Origin: Batkoa obscura
Taxonomy: Eukaryota
Assembly: GCA_030770535.1 (NCBI GenBank)
Contig: JASVEC010000001.1
Location: 1,364,001-1,428,000, forward strand
Length of the DNA stretch: 64,000 nucleotides
Reading direction: 5' to 3'
The notes under the pieces are model-generated. The model had not been told where the DNA came from and searched no databases. It saw nothing but the letters and a program-made list of their open reading frames with translations. Positions 11,470 through 23,781 of this stretch are shown one piece after another. The translations under genes were made by a program, and so were the position numbers. How positions within the stretch are numbered: position 1 is the stretch's first letter; each line of letters begins with the position of its first letter.

Positions 11470-12619
11470 ACTTTAGATGCTTTTATTTATTTATTTTAGT
11501 GTTAGTATCTTTAAAAACTTAATGAAATATTAACTAAGATACAGGAAATAAACATATCTGCTGTAACAAATAAATGAAAAATAAGTCAATAAAGTTTCTA
11601 GAATTATTGTGTATAAAAGTGGACAATCATCCTTTCTAGCGTAAAACTGTATTACATTTAGTTAGCTACCAACACAAGAAGTTAAAATATTAGTATGATA
11701 ATATAAAAATATAGCAAATACGTAGTGTATAATACCTTTAAAGGCATTCTAAACTGCTTTTATAGCTTCAAAACCACTTACAGTTGTTAGATGCTTGTAT
11801 GTTACATGAAAATTCAACTATTTATTACATGGTTTTGATAGCAAAAGCTTAATAGACCTTTATAAGTAAAAAGTAGATAAAACTAAAAGCGTGAGTAATT
11901 TTTTCTGGCGGAATTATTTAGAATGTACAATCGTACGTATAAGTTCCTTATATATTTTTGAAAATAGACTATAATCTACAATTTAACCATGGCAAAATTG
12001 CAATTATAAAGACTGATAAATTGTTGTCAATATTTTAAAAATACGTTAGCATAAATTCGATTTTCTATTAAAAAGCTACTATAGATAAGGCTGGGTTGTA
12101 AAGAAAATAAAGTTCCATAAAATTATCTATAACTGATACAATTTTATTTGATAAAGTTCTCAAATTAAAAGTAACCTAAAGTGATCAAGCATACCGTTAC
12201 ATCATCCAACAATATGGTTTATCAAATAAATAACGATATAAAATTAAAGATTCCAATATTCAGTGTTTGAATGGAGAAAATTAATAGGTAAAATTAAGTG
12301 CTTTAAAACCCAGACTTACCCACCTTGTTTTATTTTAAAAAATTCAAACTCAATTTACGCTTTTTTAAATCATATAACAATGTTTTATTCTATCATAATA
12401 TCTTGTTTATAATGTATGAACTAAAGGTTGCATTTTGTATGTGTTCTTACTATCTCTTATCTTTCAATCCTATTAATTTAAATGTCATTTGACCTTTCTC
12501 TAACTTGATAAAAATAAATCATAAATTATAACACACCCATATCAAAAGTTAAGCTTAACTGTTTTATCTTTTGAAAAGTATAAATACAGTGAAGGTAGAA
12601 ATCATGATGTTTTTTTAAA

Positions 12620-13033
12620 ATGGAAAATAGTAAAAATAGTAGCTCAATCCCAATCCCAATATTAAATAAAACTACTTTTACCTTTCTTAACACTAACATT
12701 ATTAATCCTGATTCTACTAATAATAACAATATTCTAAATGATAAAGAAATGAGCCACAGATTATCCTCAAGTTCCTATTTAACTAGCTCATCGCTTAGCT
12801 CGCAAAGCAGCGATGTTGTTATTGAAGAAAAACCAAAGCTGCCTTATCGTACGCAAAGCTTAAACCATAGCGAAACCAAAAGAATTGCTGAAAAGTGGGG
12901 ATTTTCAACAGTAAGGAGACGCAGCCATACCATTTCAAACGACACGAATCTTACCAGTAATATCAATCAATTATTACAACGCTCAAAATCCCCAATGAGA
13001 GATATGATATTAAACGGTCAGTTTTTAGACTAA
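12620..13033 (+). CDS. Small disordered Ser-rich hypothetical protein
   Basis: 137-aa ORF with AAAATG start context, an RRRSHT basophilic kinase-type site, and C-terminal SPMRDMILNGQFLD. Confidence 0.7.
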   Translation: MENSKNSSSIPIPILNKTTFTFLNTNIINPDSTNNNNILNDKEMSHRLSSSSYLTSSSLSSQSSDVVIEEKPKLPYRTQSLNHSETKRIAEKWGFSTVRRRSHTISNDTNLTSNINQLLQRSKSPMRDMILNGQFLD

Positions 13034-13951
13034 AAAACAAAAAGAAAAAGACAAAGACAAAAAGAAGAAAACAAAAAGAAATACAACTCCTATGTTTAAT
13101 AGTAAAATGTAATGTGTACAAATATTTATTAACAGACATCTAAATTAAAATTTTAAATAAATCATTTTTTATCTAGTAACTCTTTACTTCATTAATTTTA
13201 ATTTTTTAATTAGTTATGTTTATATAATATTATTTCATTTGTTAACTCATACAATGATGTATTTTGATTACGATTTAGAAATGTTTTTGGATTTATTGTG
13301 ATAAAGTTTTCTAAACTTTCAATTTTTGCTTTAAATAAATTGCATGCTGAAAATGATTGGCTAAGAAATAGCATTGAAGGAATTGAATTGATTTAATATA
13401 AATACTGATAATAGTTGTAAATAAAATATCAACCTGACAAAATTAAATCACAATTAATTTACTTTACATAAATTTCATTATAGTGTTGAGACAACCTCTT
13501 TTATTTCTTGATTAGTTGCTTTTTAAGTAGATAAATTTTAAAAAATGGCGTTGAAATTTTGTTTTACTATTAACATTGAAAGATAAATCTTTACTACTTG
13601 ATTTAAAAATCATATTTATGTAAGATTGATATTTATCAATAGATGCATTAGTATAGCTCATGCTGTTATTTTATCATCAATTTGTTTAGATTGTATTTTT
13701 TTACTACAAAAGTAGCATACCTCTGATGAAGCTAATTTTGAAATCTAAATGTGAAGTATAGAATTTAAGTAACACAGTATTTAAATTGATATTGATAAAC
13801 TGAGCAGATTAAAAAATAAGATCGAATAATGAATAATCATTGTTTATTAAGTATATTATAATGATATCGAAAAGAAGTTCATATCGATTTTAGAGTTAGT
13901 ATTATTTTAACGCTTGAAATGCAGTTATAGCTAATTCTAAATAATTTTTTG

Positions 13952-15958
13952 TCATAAACGATGTTGTATTGGTAAAAATTCATCAGAGACAACTTTACCA
14001 TCTTGTTTAACAATTACTTCAACTTCATTTGCCTCATTATTACTATGATTTTCAATTGAAGTAACTATACTATCGTCATTATTAACATTCCCACTTAGAG
14101 ATTCATTAGTATTTAAAGGCTCTTCAAATACTTCATTCGGCTCATACTCGATTTCACCACCCCCAGAAACATTTGTATGAGTAGAGGCTCCATTTACTTC
14201 ATTTGATTTTCTACCTTTGATAACAATTTCTTGTCCAATTTGTATTTTTGGTAATTTTGATACCATGTTATTGACAACGGCAGAGGTAGCAATGGAACGA
14301 GTACGTATATGCTTACCAATATAGAATAAAGGAATAGTAATACCATGGACAACAATTGAGCATATTACCAAAAACGATACAACTGGGAAAATGTAATGTA
14401 CGACTTTGTATTCTTCTTCATAAGTTTCAAGTTCTTCAATAGCAACAATAGCATAAAATATAGCACCTGCGCCGATAGGACCAAACCAGCCAGCAAAAAT
14501 GGCCTCACGCCATGTTCTTAATGCAGGAACTAACGGTTTAGATAAAAGGAGGGCTGGAATACGACGTAAGACTATAATAAGGATGCCTATCACAACTAAA
14601 CGCCATGGCTCAATGCCAATCTCGGGCAATGAAAACTCAGCCCATGGAATAATAGTACCAAGGTAAATGAAAAATGAAAAGTTAAAGATCAAATCGATAA
14701 CTTCTTGTAAGTGGGATTCTCTTGTTTCTAAACGGAACCAATCATCCCAGGTAAATGCATTCCCTGCAATAAAGCAAGAAAATAAATCATCTGACCCAAT
14801 TATTGCCATACTTCCCATAAGAAATAATGCTAATGCAACCCAAAATGCAAGGAATGACTCTTTATCAATTAAGCCGTTAGTTTCTGCATATTTCAATAAT
14901 TTACGTGCAACAAATCCAACTGCTGCACCAACTATTATCGATAGCCCAATTTGATAACCCCAAATTAGGAGAAACCAGTTTCCGATTGCTAATCCAGTAC
15001 TATCGTAATGCATAAGGAAAATAGCTAAGAAAAGATAAGGGAACCCCAAGCCTAAAAAGTAATATTATATTATGTAAATATATATTTTATCCATCACTTT
15101 ACCATCATTTGCTCCACTAAAATTATTAATTATGTTTATTGTTTATATTAATTAATTTACCTTTCAGCCGATAAAATATCTCTAACGTGAATTGGCACAT
15201 GCATTTCAGCAAATCTTCCTTTTACGATTGAGTTGGCCAAAACCTAATAGAATTATAGCTTAATATATAAATCATTATATGATCTTACCGGATCTGTAGG
15301 AGTAACACAAGCAGCGATAACAAGGGATTCAAGCTAATAAAATAAAAAATAAAATATAGAATTGATCTATAGAATTTGCTTACATAAGTTAAAGGCAAAA
15401 AAGCATATATAATTGCAGCTGATATCAACCACATGGCGAACATAACCGGTAGTAATAAAATCAATAATGATTTCATTTCTTCCCATAGATACTTTCTAAC
15501 AAAAACTTAATATATAAGATCAATTTATTGAATAAATGTTTCACTAACTTCGGAAGATATACACCAGCGGCCATAACCTTGATGTTATCGTTAGTATTGA
15601 TTTGACATGATCATAAATATAATACCTGGATCGCAATTACAATTCTAGAGAATTCCAAAGTAACTGTTTGATGCTCTGGCCAAGATAACGGATCAAAAAA
15701 ATTAAGTGCCTTTGGTCCAACTATAATCCCGAAAACAAATGCAACCACTAAAGGAATTGATGCTATTAGTAATATGCTTTCGAATTTTGTCTTTCGTTTA
15801 ACATTTCATATGAAATTTCACTATTGAGATATATACTTACAAGCTTCAGATAAGAAAAGTTTTTCTTTAACGACTAAGGAGATCAAGCCAAAGAAAAGAA
15901 TGAACCCACCGATCAAAGCCGGCACAATATGGTACGTTTCTAAGTGCAAAAAATACAT
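13952..15958 (-). CDS. NHA1: Plasma-membrane Na+(K+)/H+ antiporter (Nha1/Sod2 family), multi-exon
   Basis: Start MYFLHLETYHIVPALIGGF...VKEKLFLSEA; motifs TPTDPV, LSAESG, GSDDL, GWFGPIG, SIVVHG; GT-AG introns in the 5' half. Confidence 0.92.
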
Positions 15959-17245
15959 TTAATTTACTAAAGCAAATAAAAAGCAAAATTAGGTCCTAAA
16001 AAAATTGAAACTTATAATTATTCGATTCCATTTAATTGAACACAAAAATTAATTAACCTTAAGAAACCCAGAATGATCTCATTTGGAAATGATTTGTGGT
16101 TAGAGTTTGAGATTTTTAAATAAGGGTTGTGGTTTGAGTTTATCCTCTAATAATTTTTATTAATGCCAAACATAGCTATTTGGAATTGTAAAGCGCCTAT
16201 ATCCTATTTGATATAGTAGCTGTTTCTCAATTTTAAAAGGGGCAGTGTATAAAAGGCCTTGTTTGTTTACCTTTTACTCCCCAGAAATAACGGTTTCTAA
16301 ATAATTACTATTCATAATGATTTCAATTGCCATTTTTATTTTATGTGAAGTTGGAAAGCTGGATATCATTTGGTGATATTTATCAGCTTTTTAAATAACC
16401 ATACATTTATAACATATTAAATTTTCATTCGAACCATAATTACTTATTTATATATATATAAATTGCACGCTTTGGTTTTTGATAATATAAATCGTATTTA
16501 ATCTTCATATAACTAAACTCTATAATGTAAGAATTACTTGAGAACAAAATGAATTAATAATTTGAAAAATTTGGTATTAGTTTTTTTATATCGCTTTAAA
16601 AGCTATAATAGCTATAAGAATCCCAATATCCTGTAATAAGATAGAAGAATCGACATCTTATTTGTATATGCATCTAAAGTGTGCTGTTCTAACAAAATTC
16701 TAGATTACATGTTTTTAGTGCCTTTGTTTAGTTTTGTTTAGTTTAATTTATACACTAATCCCTGAAGTAAGAATATTCTAAAAACAATCAACACTAATAT
16801 TAGAAATGATATTGTTTTCTTACTCAATATTAAAGTTCCATAAAAAAAATGATTAGAAAGGAAGTTTTAAAATACAACATTATATTATACTATAAAATGG
16901 AATAGTCATCTTTGATATTTTATTTTCAACACTTGGAACCACCGTCTCTTTCAAAATTTGTAAAAGAAATTGGCTTATTTCTATTAAGCATGTGCTATCA
17001 AATACCTGTTTTCGTAGATATCTTCGATAGGTTTTAATAAAATACAGATACTAAAAGTTATCTTAAATTTGTAAGTTATTATTTATTTTATAAATATATA
17101 TAGGCGGTACACTTGATTAAAACTAGGCTTTTAACTCTTTTATTAACACTTTATAAATATCATATTGTGAATCTAAATATATCAAATATTTCTTCAGATA
17201 CGATAATACTTTGATTCCCATTAGGACTATAACACTTTAAGATAT

Positions 17246-17340
17246 GAGGGTGTTTTTTTTGGTTTCATTACTTTTTCTATCTTTTAAGCGCTATTTGAAT
17301 GGAAAGATAGAAAAAGTGATGAAGCCAAAAAAACATCCCC
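17246..17340. mobile_element. Symmetric MITE derivative (two right ends)
   Basis: GAGGGTGT..ggtttcattactttttctatc...gatagaaaaagtgatgaagcc..ACATCCCC, ATAT TSD. Confidence 0.8.
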
Positions 17341-18640
17341 ATATTGAAATTTTCAACCTTACATTTTACGTTTCTACTTTGGTAATACTCATGTGATTTT
17401 ATGTAAACCTATGGTTTTATAAAATGTAATACCAATGTACTATAAATTCAATATCGAATCATGATAATTTAGTACATTGAATAAGTATGTACAAAAAGTC
17501 AACGTGGAATCATTACAAGGAGTAGTAGTAGGAACAAGTGTCCCTCTCTATCTTTTATATCTTAGTAATCATGAACCCGTAATTAGACTACATTTTGGAG
17601 ATGAACTCACTGATTTGCAAGTAGTCATCATAAGATACAATTATTATCCTTAAAACAATTTTAATAGTAATATATATAGCTATGCTAGTTATATTACGTA
17701 TCATATGATTTACCTTTTCTTATAATAACTATGCTCTCTTTTATTTTATTTTTATCTAAATACACCAACATTGGTTTTTGATCTAAGTAGTGCTTTTGAA
17801 AATATTATATCTCTTGATAGAAACCACCACTTTTTGTTAAATAATTTAGGATGACAAATGTAGCATAACAAAATTGTTATTTCAACTAAATAACATATAT
17901 ATGATGCATTATATGTTTTTAATTAGTAAACGTCTATATATAGTGTACCTTAAAACAGGGTACAGAAGATTATATTGATTTGAAATCCGCTGAGTTAAAT
18001 TTTGAGGTGAATTATAGAAAATTTATTCAAACCTTAGAGTTGGCTAAGGCTAATTTATTAATAGTAGAAAAGAATAATAATTCAACAGAAATCAAAGACA
18101 TGTATTTAATTGCTATTTTATTATTATCATTACTTAAGATAGCCATTAATATTAGTAGAAATGGTAGTGTTTCATGCTTTCAGATATATGCATAAATAAA
18201 TCTATTTTATTGAATCTTTCATAATGCTCCTTGCCATGAAGTATGAGATAATTGATAAGTAAAATCTAAATTGGCTGTGAAAAAATCCTTTAAAACCTAA
18301 ATATTTTTTGGAGATAAAAATAAATGCAAAATGTTATATGAATAATTGTGTCTTTATCAATATTTATTGTTCTTTTTTAACATTAAACATCATAAAAAAC
18401 CCTATATACTTACTTAGTTTCTCGAGTTGACATCTTGGGTTTAATCTAATTCTGAGAATGTCTTCTATTTCTATTATGTTTCTATTTATTGTGCTTAAAA
18501 TTTAAACAAATTTTTAGTAAATTAACAAAACATCCCTATACCCAATCCCGTTTTACAATAAAAGTTAATTCCCCTATAAAACTATTTGATATTCATAATA
18601 AAAAAGCTTTAAATAATGATGTTTTTTATTAAAAAATAAA

Positions 18641-20104
18641 TTAAGGATTACCACAGTAAATTGAAGTGCCTGCTTGTACACATACGGAGGTGCCTGGGCA
18701 AGATAACTTGATCCATTTACTGAAAGCACATTGATAATAAGTGGGTCCTTTGGTTGTACCGCAAGTATAGGAACCATCTTGGCAACTTCCAGTTGGCTCA
18801 GGACCTTGAGAAGTTGAAGTAACAGAAGTAGTAGAAGTAGTAATAACAGTGGTAGAAGTGGAACTAGAGGTAGTGGTAGAGATAGAAGTAGTTTTAGTGG
18901 TAGAAGTAGTTTTAGTGGTAGAAGTAGTGGTAGAAGTAGTGGTAGAAGTAGTGGTAGAAGTAGTGGAAGGGCTACAAGAATCAGTATTATAAACATTTTG
19001 TAAAGCAGAGATTAATTGATTTTGATAATCGTTATCCATGGACCATAACATAGCGCCTCTTAAACCGTTACATCTTACATAATCAGTCTTTGCTTTTAAG
19101 GATTGAATATCATCGTATGCAACAAACGTCTTTGTATTTTTGTTAAATAACCATGGGGTTTGAGTGATTGGGTCATATTTTCTAATCCATCCGGTAGCGT
19201 CATTGGCTTCAGTTGGGGACTTTAAGATTTTTTGAGTAATTAAATCATTGTAGGCATAGCTTGGTAAATTAGCATTAGTGATTTGTTGATATTGATCTGT
19301 ATTTGTCATATCAACACCAACACCTTCAGCGTAACCATAGAAAGGTACACCGACGACTAATTTATCATAAGTGAAACCAGCTTTACTCCAATCTCTTACA
19401 GCTTGTTTAACAGAGAATGGCGTACCCTTACCAGGTTGATAATCTAAACCGCCAACTGGTCCAGTTTGAGTTCCCCAAGGACCATTTAAATCATAACACA
19501 TTAAATTAAGCCAGTCGAATAAAGGCACAAAGTCCTTAACATCCTTTACTGGGCCATTTGGACCATCAAATGGCTGGATTCTTACAGCAGCGGTAATCAA
19601 TTTGGTACCCAAAGCAGCACGTAAATCCTTTAGCAATAATAAATAATTGGCAGTATCTTGTGGAGAAATAATGTTTCCTTCAGCACCTTCTCTTCCTGGA
19701 TATTCCCAATCTAAATCGATACCATCCAAGTTGAACTTGTTTACAAAAGCAAGAGTATTGGCTACAAATTGTTTTCTTTTAGCAGCATCGGCTACCATCG
19801 GTGAGAAATACTTTGACCCAGTCCATCCACCAATAGAGATAGATACTTTGGTACTAGTTTGATGAGCCTTGGTAACTAATTCCACTAAGGTACTTTCGGT
19901 TTCAATTTTTGGATTAAAACCATTATCAGTAAACAAGGCAAAAGCATAGTTAATGTGAGTTACTTTGCTAAAATCAATAGCACTCACTGGGTAATTATCC
20001 AAAGTCCAATCGGAAAAGTACCCTACTACTACTTTGGCTGGAGATTGACTAACAACGCTGGAGATGGCTACAGTGACCACTAAAAGGAAAGAAGAAAATT
20101 TCAT
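18641..20104 (-). CDS. Secreted GH18 chitinase with Thr/Ser linker and C-terminal Cys-rich chitin-binding module (CBM19-like)
   Basis: Signal peptide, SIGGW, catalytic LDGIDLDWEYP, GAMLW; intronless 487 aa. Confidence 0.96.
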   Translation of the reverse strand: MKFSSFLLVVTVAISSVVSQSPAKVVVGYFSDWTLDNYPVSAIDFSKVTHINYAFALFTDNGFNPKIETESTLVELVTKAHQTSTKVSISIGGWTGSKYFSPMVADAAKRKQFVANTLAFVNKFNLDGIDLDWEYPGREGAEGNIISPQDTANYLLLLKDLRAALGTKLITAAVRIQPFDGPNGPVKDVKDFVPLFDWLNLMCYDLNGPWGTQTGPVGGLDYQPGKGTPFSVKQAVRDWSKAGFTYDKLVVGVPFYGYAEGVGVDMTNTDQYQQITNANLPSYAYNDLITQKILKSPTEANDATGWIRKYDPITQTPWLFNKNTKTFVAYDDIQSLKAKTDYVRCNGLRGAMLWSMDNDYQNQLISALQNVYNTDSCSPSTTSTTTSTTTSTTTSTTKTTSTTKTTSISTTTSSSTSTTVITTSTTSVTSTSQGPEPTGSCQDGSYTCGTTKGPTYYQCAFSKWIKLSCPGTSVCVQAGTSIYCGNP

Positions 20105-21342
20105 TTTTTTTAAAGATACGAAAGAATGTAAAAATAGTTAAATTTTTATAATCTTATTCGAAGTAATTCCTCCACTATTTATATTCTTGAGTTCCTTAAC
20201 CTTTAAAGCGAAATAGTTACTTATTCTATTTATTATATTCTTTACAGTTAGCTATCCCTTTTTCGGTTTTTTTAATAATGGTAATATGGTAAAAAGTCAT
20301 TTAAAAAAATTCCAACTTTACTTGATACTCGTGGATTGAGCTTATATTCACCATAACACTAAAAATAGTAAAATTACAATTTCAACAATGGTATGAAACC
20401 CAATTTGCCCCTTCTGTTTAACACTTTTTATTGAAGTTTAACGCATCTTTAATAACATAGGCATATCATCTAGAAGTCATACTACCAGACTATTTTAAAT
20501 GACTTTTGAGTAATATCAAGTGCTAAATCACGACTCTCATTTAAATGGCTAATTTTTTAGGCTTTAATAACAAAACTTAATAAAAGTCAAGTGGTCTTAG
20601 TAATAATTTAATCCCATTACTGTTTCTCCTTAACTTTTAAATTAGCATTTGCTTTTTATTAGTTTATTTACGAATTGGGAAGTAGTCAAGATCAATAGTA
20701 ATAAAAGAAATGATGTCTTATCAAACACTATCATGTTGACATATAGTAACCTCCTTTTTACTTGAAAAACAATGTAAATAATTTAGCCTTTTATCTTCGC
20801 TGCAGTTTCAAGAAACCCCAACCATCTCTTTTTTTGAAAGTAACCTTTTTTCATTGTGCATATGCTCCATTTAATAGCTTTTGTAATAAATACTACTATT
20901 ATTTGATTCTACTTTCCATTAGTAATAAAAACAATGGAGTAGAAGGTAACAAATAAAATACACTAGCATTAGCATACGTATCGATTTAATCTGATTATAT
21001 GATAGAATAGTATAATATCAAAGTTGTAAAATTGTAACATAGAAGCTTTTTTAATATCGTTTATTCTCAACTTTTACTTTTCTAACATTTTTTTAATTTT
21101 CCAATCTCGATTATTCTCCTAATTTAGATGTTTAAAAGTAAAATAATAATAATATGGTTCATAATAATTATACTAAGGGAAAACCATTTGCCTTTATTAA
21201 GGTTCTATACCTTTATCTACATATTAAGATTCAAAGCTTTATATTTATTTATTATTGTTGTAAGCTTCATAATATAAGTTTTATACTCCAAGGTTAATTA
21301 AATTTGTTCGACAATATATTGATAAAATTTTATTTTATTGAG

Positions 21343-22519
21343 TCAAACATTTAATGAATTAGCCCTAGTCATATCCATATTTTTCAACTGCTTTAGTTTC
21401 TCAACTGGGGTAGGCTTAGGTTTAGCAGCATCCGAAGCACCATATTTAAAAGAATCATCCTCCTTTTTGGTTGCTTTCTGGTCCTAAATCATAGGTCAAG
21501 ACATTTGTTTTGATACGAAAATTAACTTACTATTTTAGACTCCGATTTTTTCTCCTTTTGCTTTGGTGTAAATTTAAATGGATTATATTTGGCCAACCCA
21601 GTTAAGATAAAAACGATAGCACATGTTATTTTGAATATATTTACTACTGTATATAATAAATATTTTAATATCAAATTGAATATCCCACGAAATTTTAAAT
21701 CGAATAAATAAAATTGAAGTAATCCGGTTATATTAACACTTAGTGATAGTGCATCTCCATAGTAATTAACTTTACTATAATTTAGGTCTTCGTCCTGATA
21801 TTGTGATAGTTTTACCCCTTCAAGTATTATCCAAGAAAGTAATAAAAAGAAACTAAAAGTAGAATTAGGTTCTATATTTAGATAAAATAGAAATGGCTAA
21901 ATACCTAAAATCTTCCGTTGACCTTAAATAAAAATTAAGTATAATTTGTGGAATAGGGGCGATAGCATCTAACAACCTAATAATTATAAGAAAAGGGGAG
22001 GCAGCGTTCGAATCTGGTTGTAATTTTTGAATTACAAAAACGATCAAAATGGACAACATTGAAATTAAAGTGCCATAACTTTCAATTTGATTACTATCTG
22101 ATTCAGTATTATTATTATATTTTCCTTTCTTTTCCTTCATTTCTTTTTCTTTTCCTTCTTTAAAGTCAACACAACATTTCAATATATATACCTGACTAAT
22201 TATTGGTACAACTCCTTCTAGTAATAAATTATAATCATTAATCCTATATGTAAACCTATTTTTTTATAAATACAATTCTTGTTCATTTTTTATATTAAGA
22301 TCGATTACCAATAGAATATTTTAATAATGCTATAGATATAAATTTAGTAATGAAGAAGAATACTACAAAAATTTATTACCTAGACATAATAGTTATACCA
22401 GAAGTTAACTTTGAGAAGCCATTTGAGCTCTTGGTTTGATAAATATTTACAACTTGAGCAAAGGAGCCCAAAGTTGGAAGTAGTATAAAAACCAAGCTTG
22501 AATTATTATCAAAAGACAT
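21343..22519 (-). CDS. PQ-loop membrane protein (PQLC1/Any1-like), multi-exon; 3' end approximate
   Basis: Exon 1 MSFDNNSSLVFILLPTLGSFAQVVNIYQTKSSNGFS; second repeat APIPQIILNFYLRSTEDF. Confidence 0.65.
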
Positions 22520-22797
22520 TAAAATTAAATAAAATAAAAAATAAAGAACAGCGAATTGATTAAATGTAGTTTAGTTAATATATTTTTATACTTTAAAACC
22601 AAAGATCGACTTAAAGTTTTTAAACAACTGTTTTGGGTTTTCTAAGCATTTACAAAATTTCTATTTTATCCTAATAATGCATAAAAAATTCGATCGAAAG
22701 TTAGCCATCTTTTTTTATAACAAACGCTTCGCGCTTTAAGCAACTTATTTATTTGAAAAGTGATTGAATACTAAAGATAATGATTATAAAATTAGCA

Positions 22798-23260
22798 TGT
22801 TGTCTTTCTTTAAACGAAAATCTTACCCACAGGTTTATCCTATGTCCTTTTATCACTTCCCTTTGGATCTCCACCTGGGGTTTATTCTTTGAATCCTTAC
22901 CTCCTTAACTTACTCAACTAAACATCATTTTGCCTCTTATAGAAAACAAACCCTATGCAGTTATAGTGTGTCCCATCTTCCTCTTCATCTCTTTTTCTTA
23001 CACCAAGTTAATGTTTCATTCTAATTCCTCAATTCCCATGGGCCTCTACCTTGGTTGCTTGAACCTCATTTATTATGAACTAAAATCCTCGATTGCTAGA
23101 CTCGCTCACAACAAACAAGATACAATCAAATAATTGATCTCCACCTTCATTGAAGGTTTCAATCTAATAATAGTGGATCATTTCATTAACTTCTGTAAAA
23201 CCCATCCTCCATTTGATTTTATCTCTCATTAATACTTTCTCTTAATCTTGTATTTCTAAA
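22798..23260 (+). mobile_element. Decayed 3' fragment of a non-LTR (L1/Tx1-like) retrotransposon
   Basis: CCLSLNENLTHRFILCPFITSLW resembles the C-x-C..E...H....C.....W zinc knuckle at LINE ORF2 C-termini; C-rich strand; stops downstream. Confidence 0.45.
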
Positions 23261-23781
23261 ATAATGAACACAAAACCTTTCGTTCTTTGAATTTTAAAAA
23301 AAAATTATAAAATTATAATAAATATAGTTATATTTGCCATTATTTAATATCTATACTTATAAAACAGTATGATATAAATAATTACGTTATAAAATTAGTT
23401 TTAAATTAGTAATGATTACTTTTTATCTTAAATGCTAAAAAAAATTATATTCAAAAAATATTCTTATTGTACATTTGGTTTTATTATCTTATGCTTATAT
23501 TATATCATTGATACATATAAGCATGAACACTTCTATACAGTATATCGAAATTCGGTATCTCAAATGCATTTTATACTTATCATTAGATTTCAGACAAATA
23601 AATCCTTAATAATTTTAATCAATTACCAAACACTTACAAACTTTGATTATTTCTTTTCTTCATTACTTTGTAGCCTCAGTATTGATGTAAACTATACTTA
23701 TTGCAAATATTAATGCATTTTATTTTCAAAGTATATAAGCGAAAGATATTTATTTTAAAATTATAAATCTTTAGTTCCAAA

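Noticed and set aside
17487..17654. 55-aa ORF MYKKVNVESLQGVVVG...
   Set aside because: Short, with no recognisable motif or gene context.
18574..18996. Leu-rich 140-aa ORF
   Set aside because: Alternative frame of the chitinase Thr-linker repeats.
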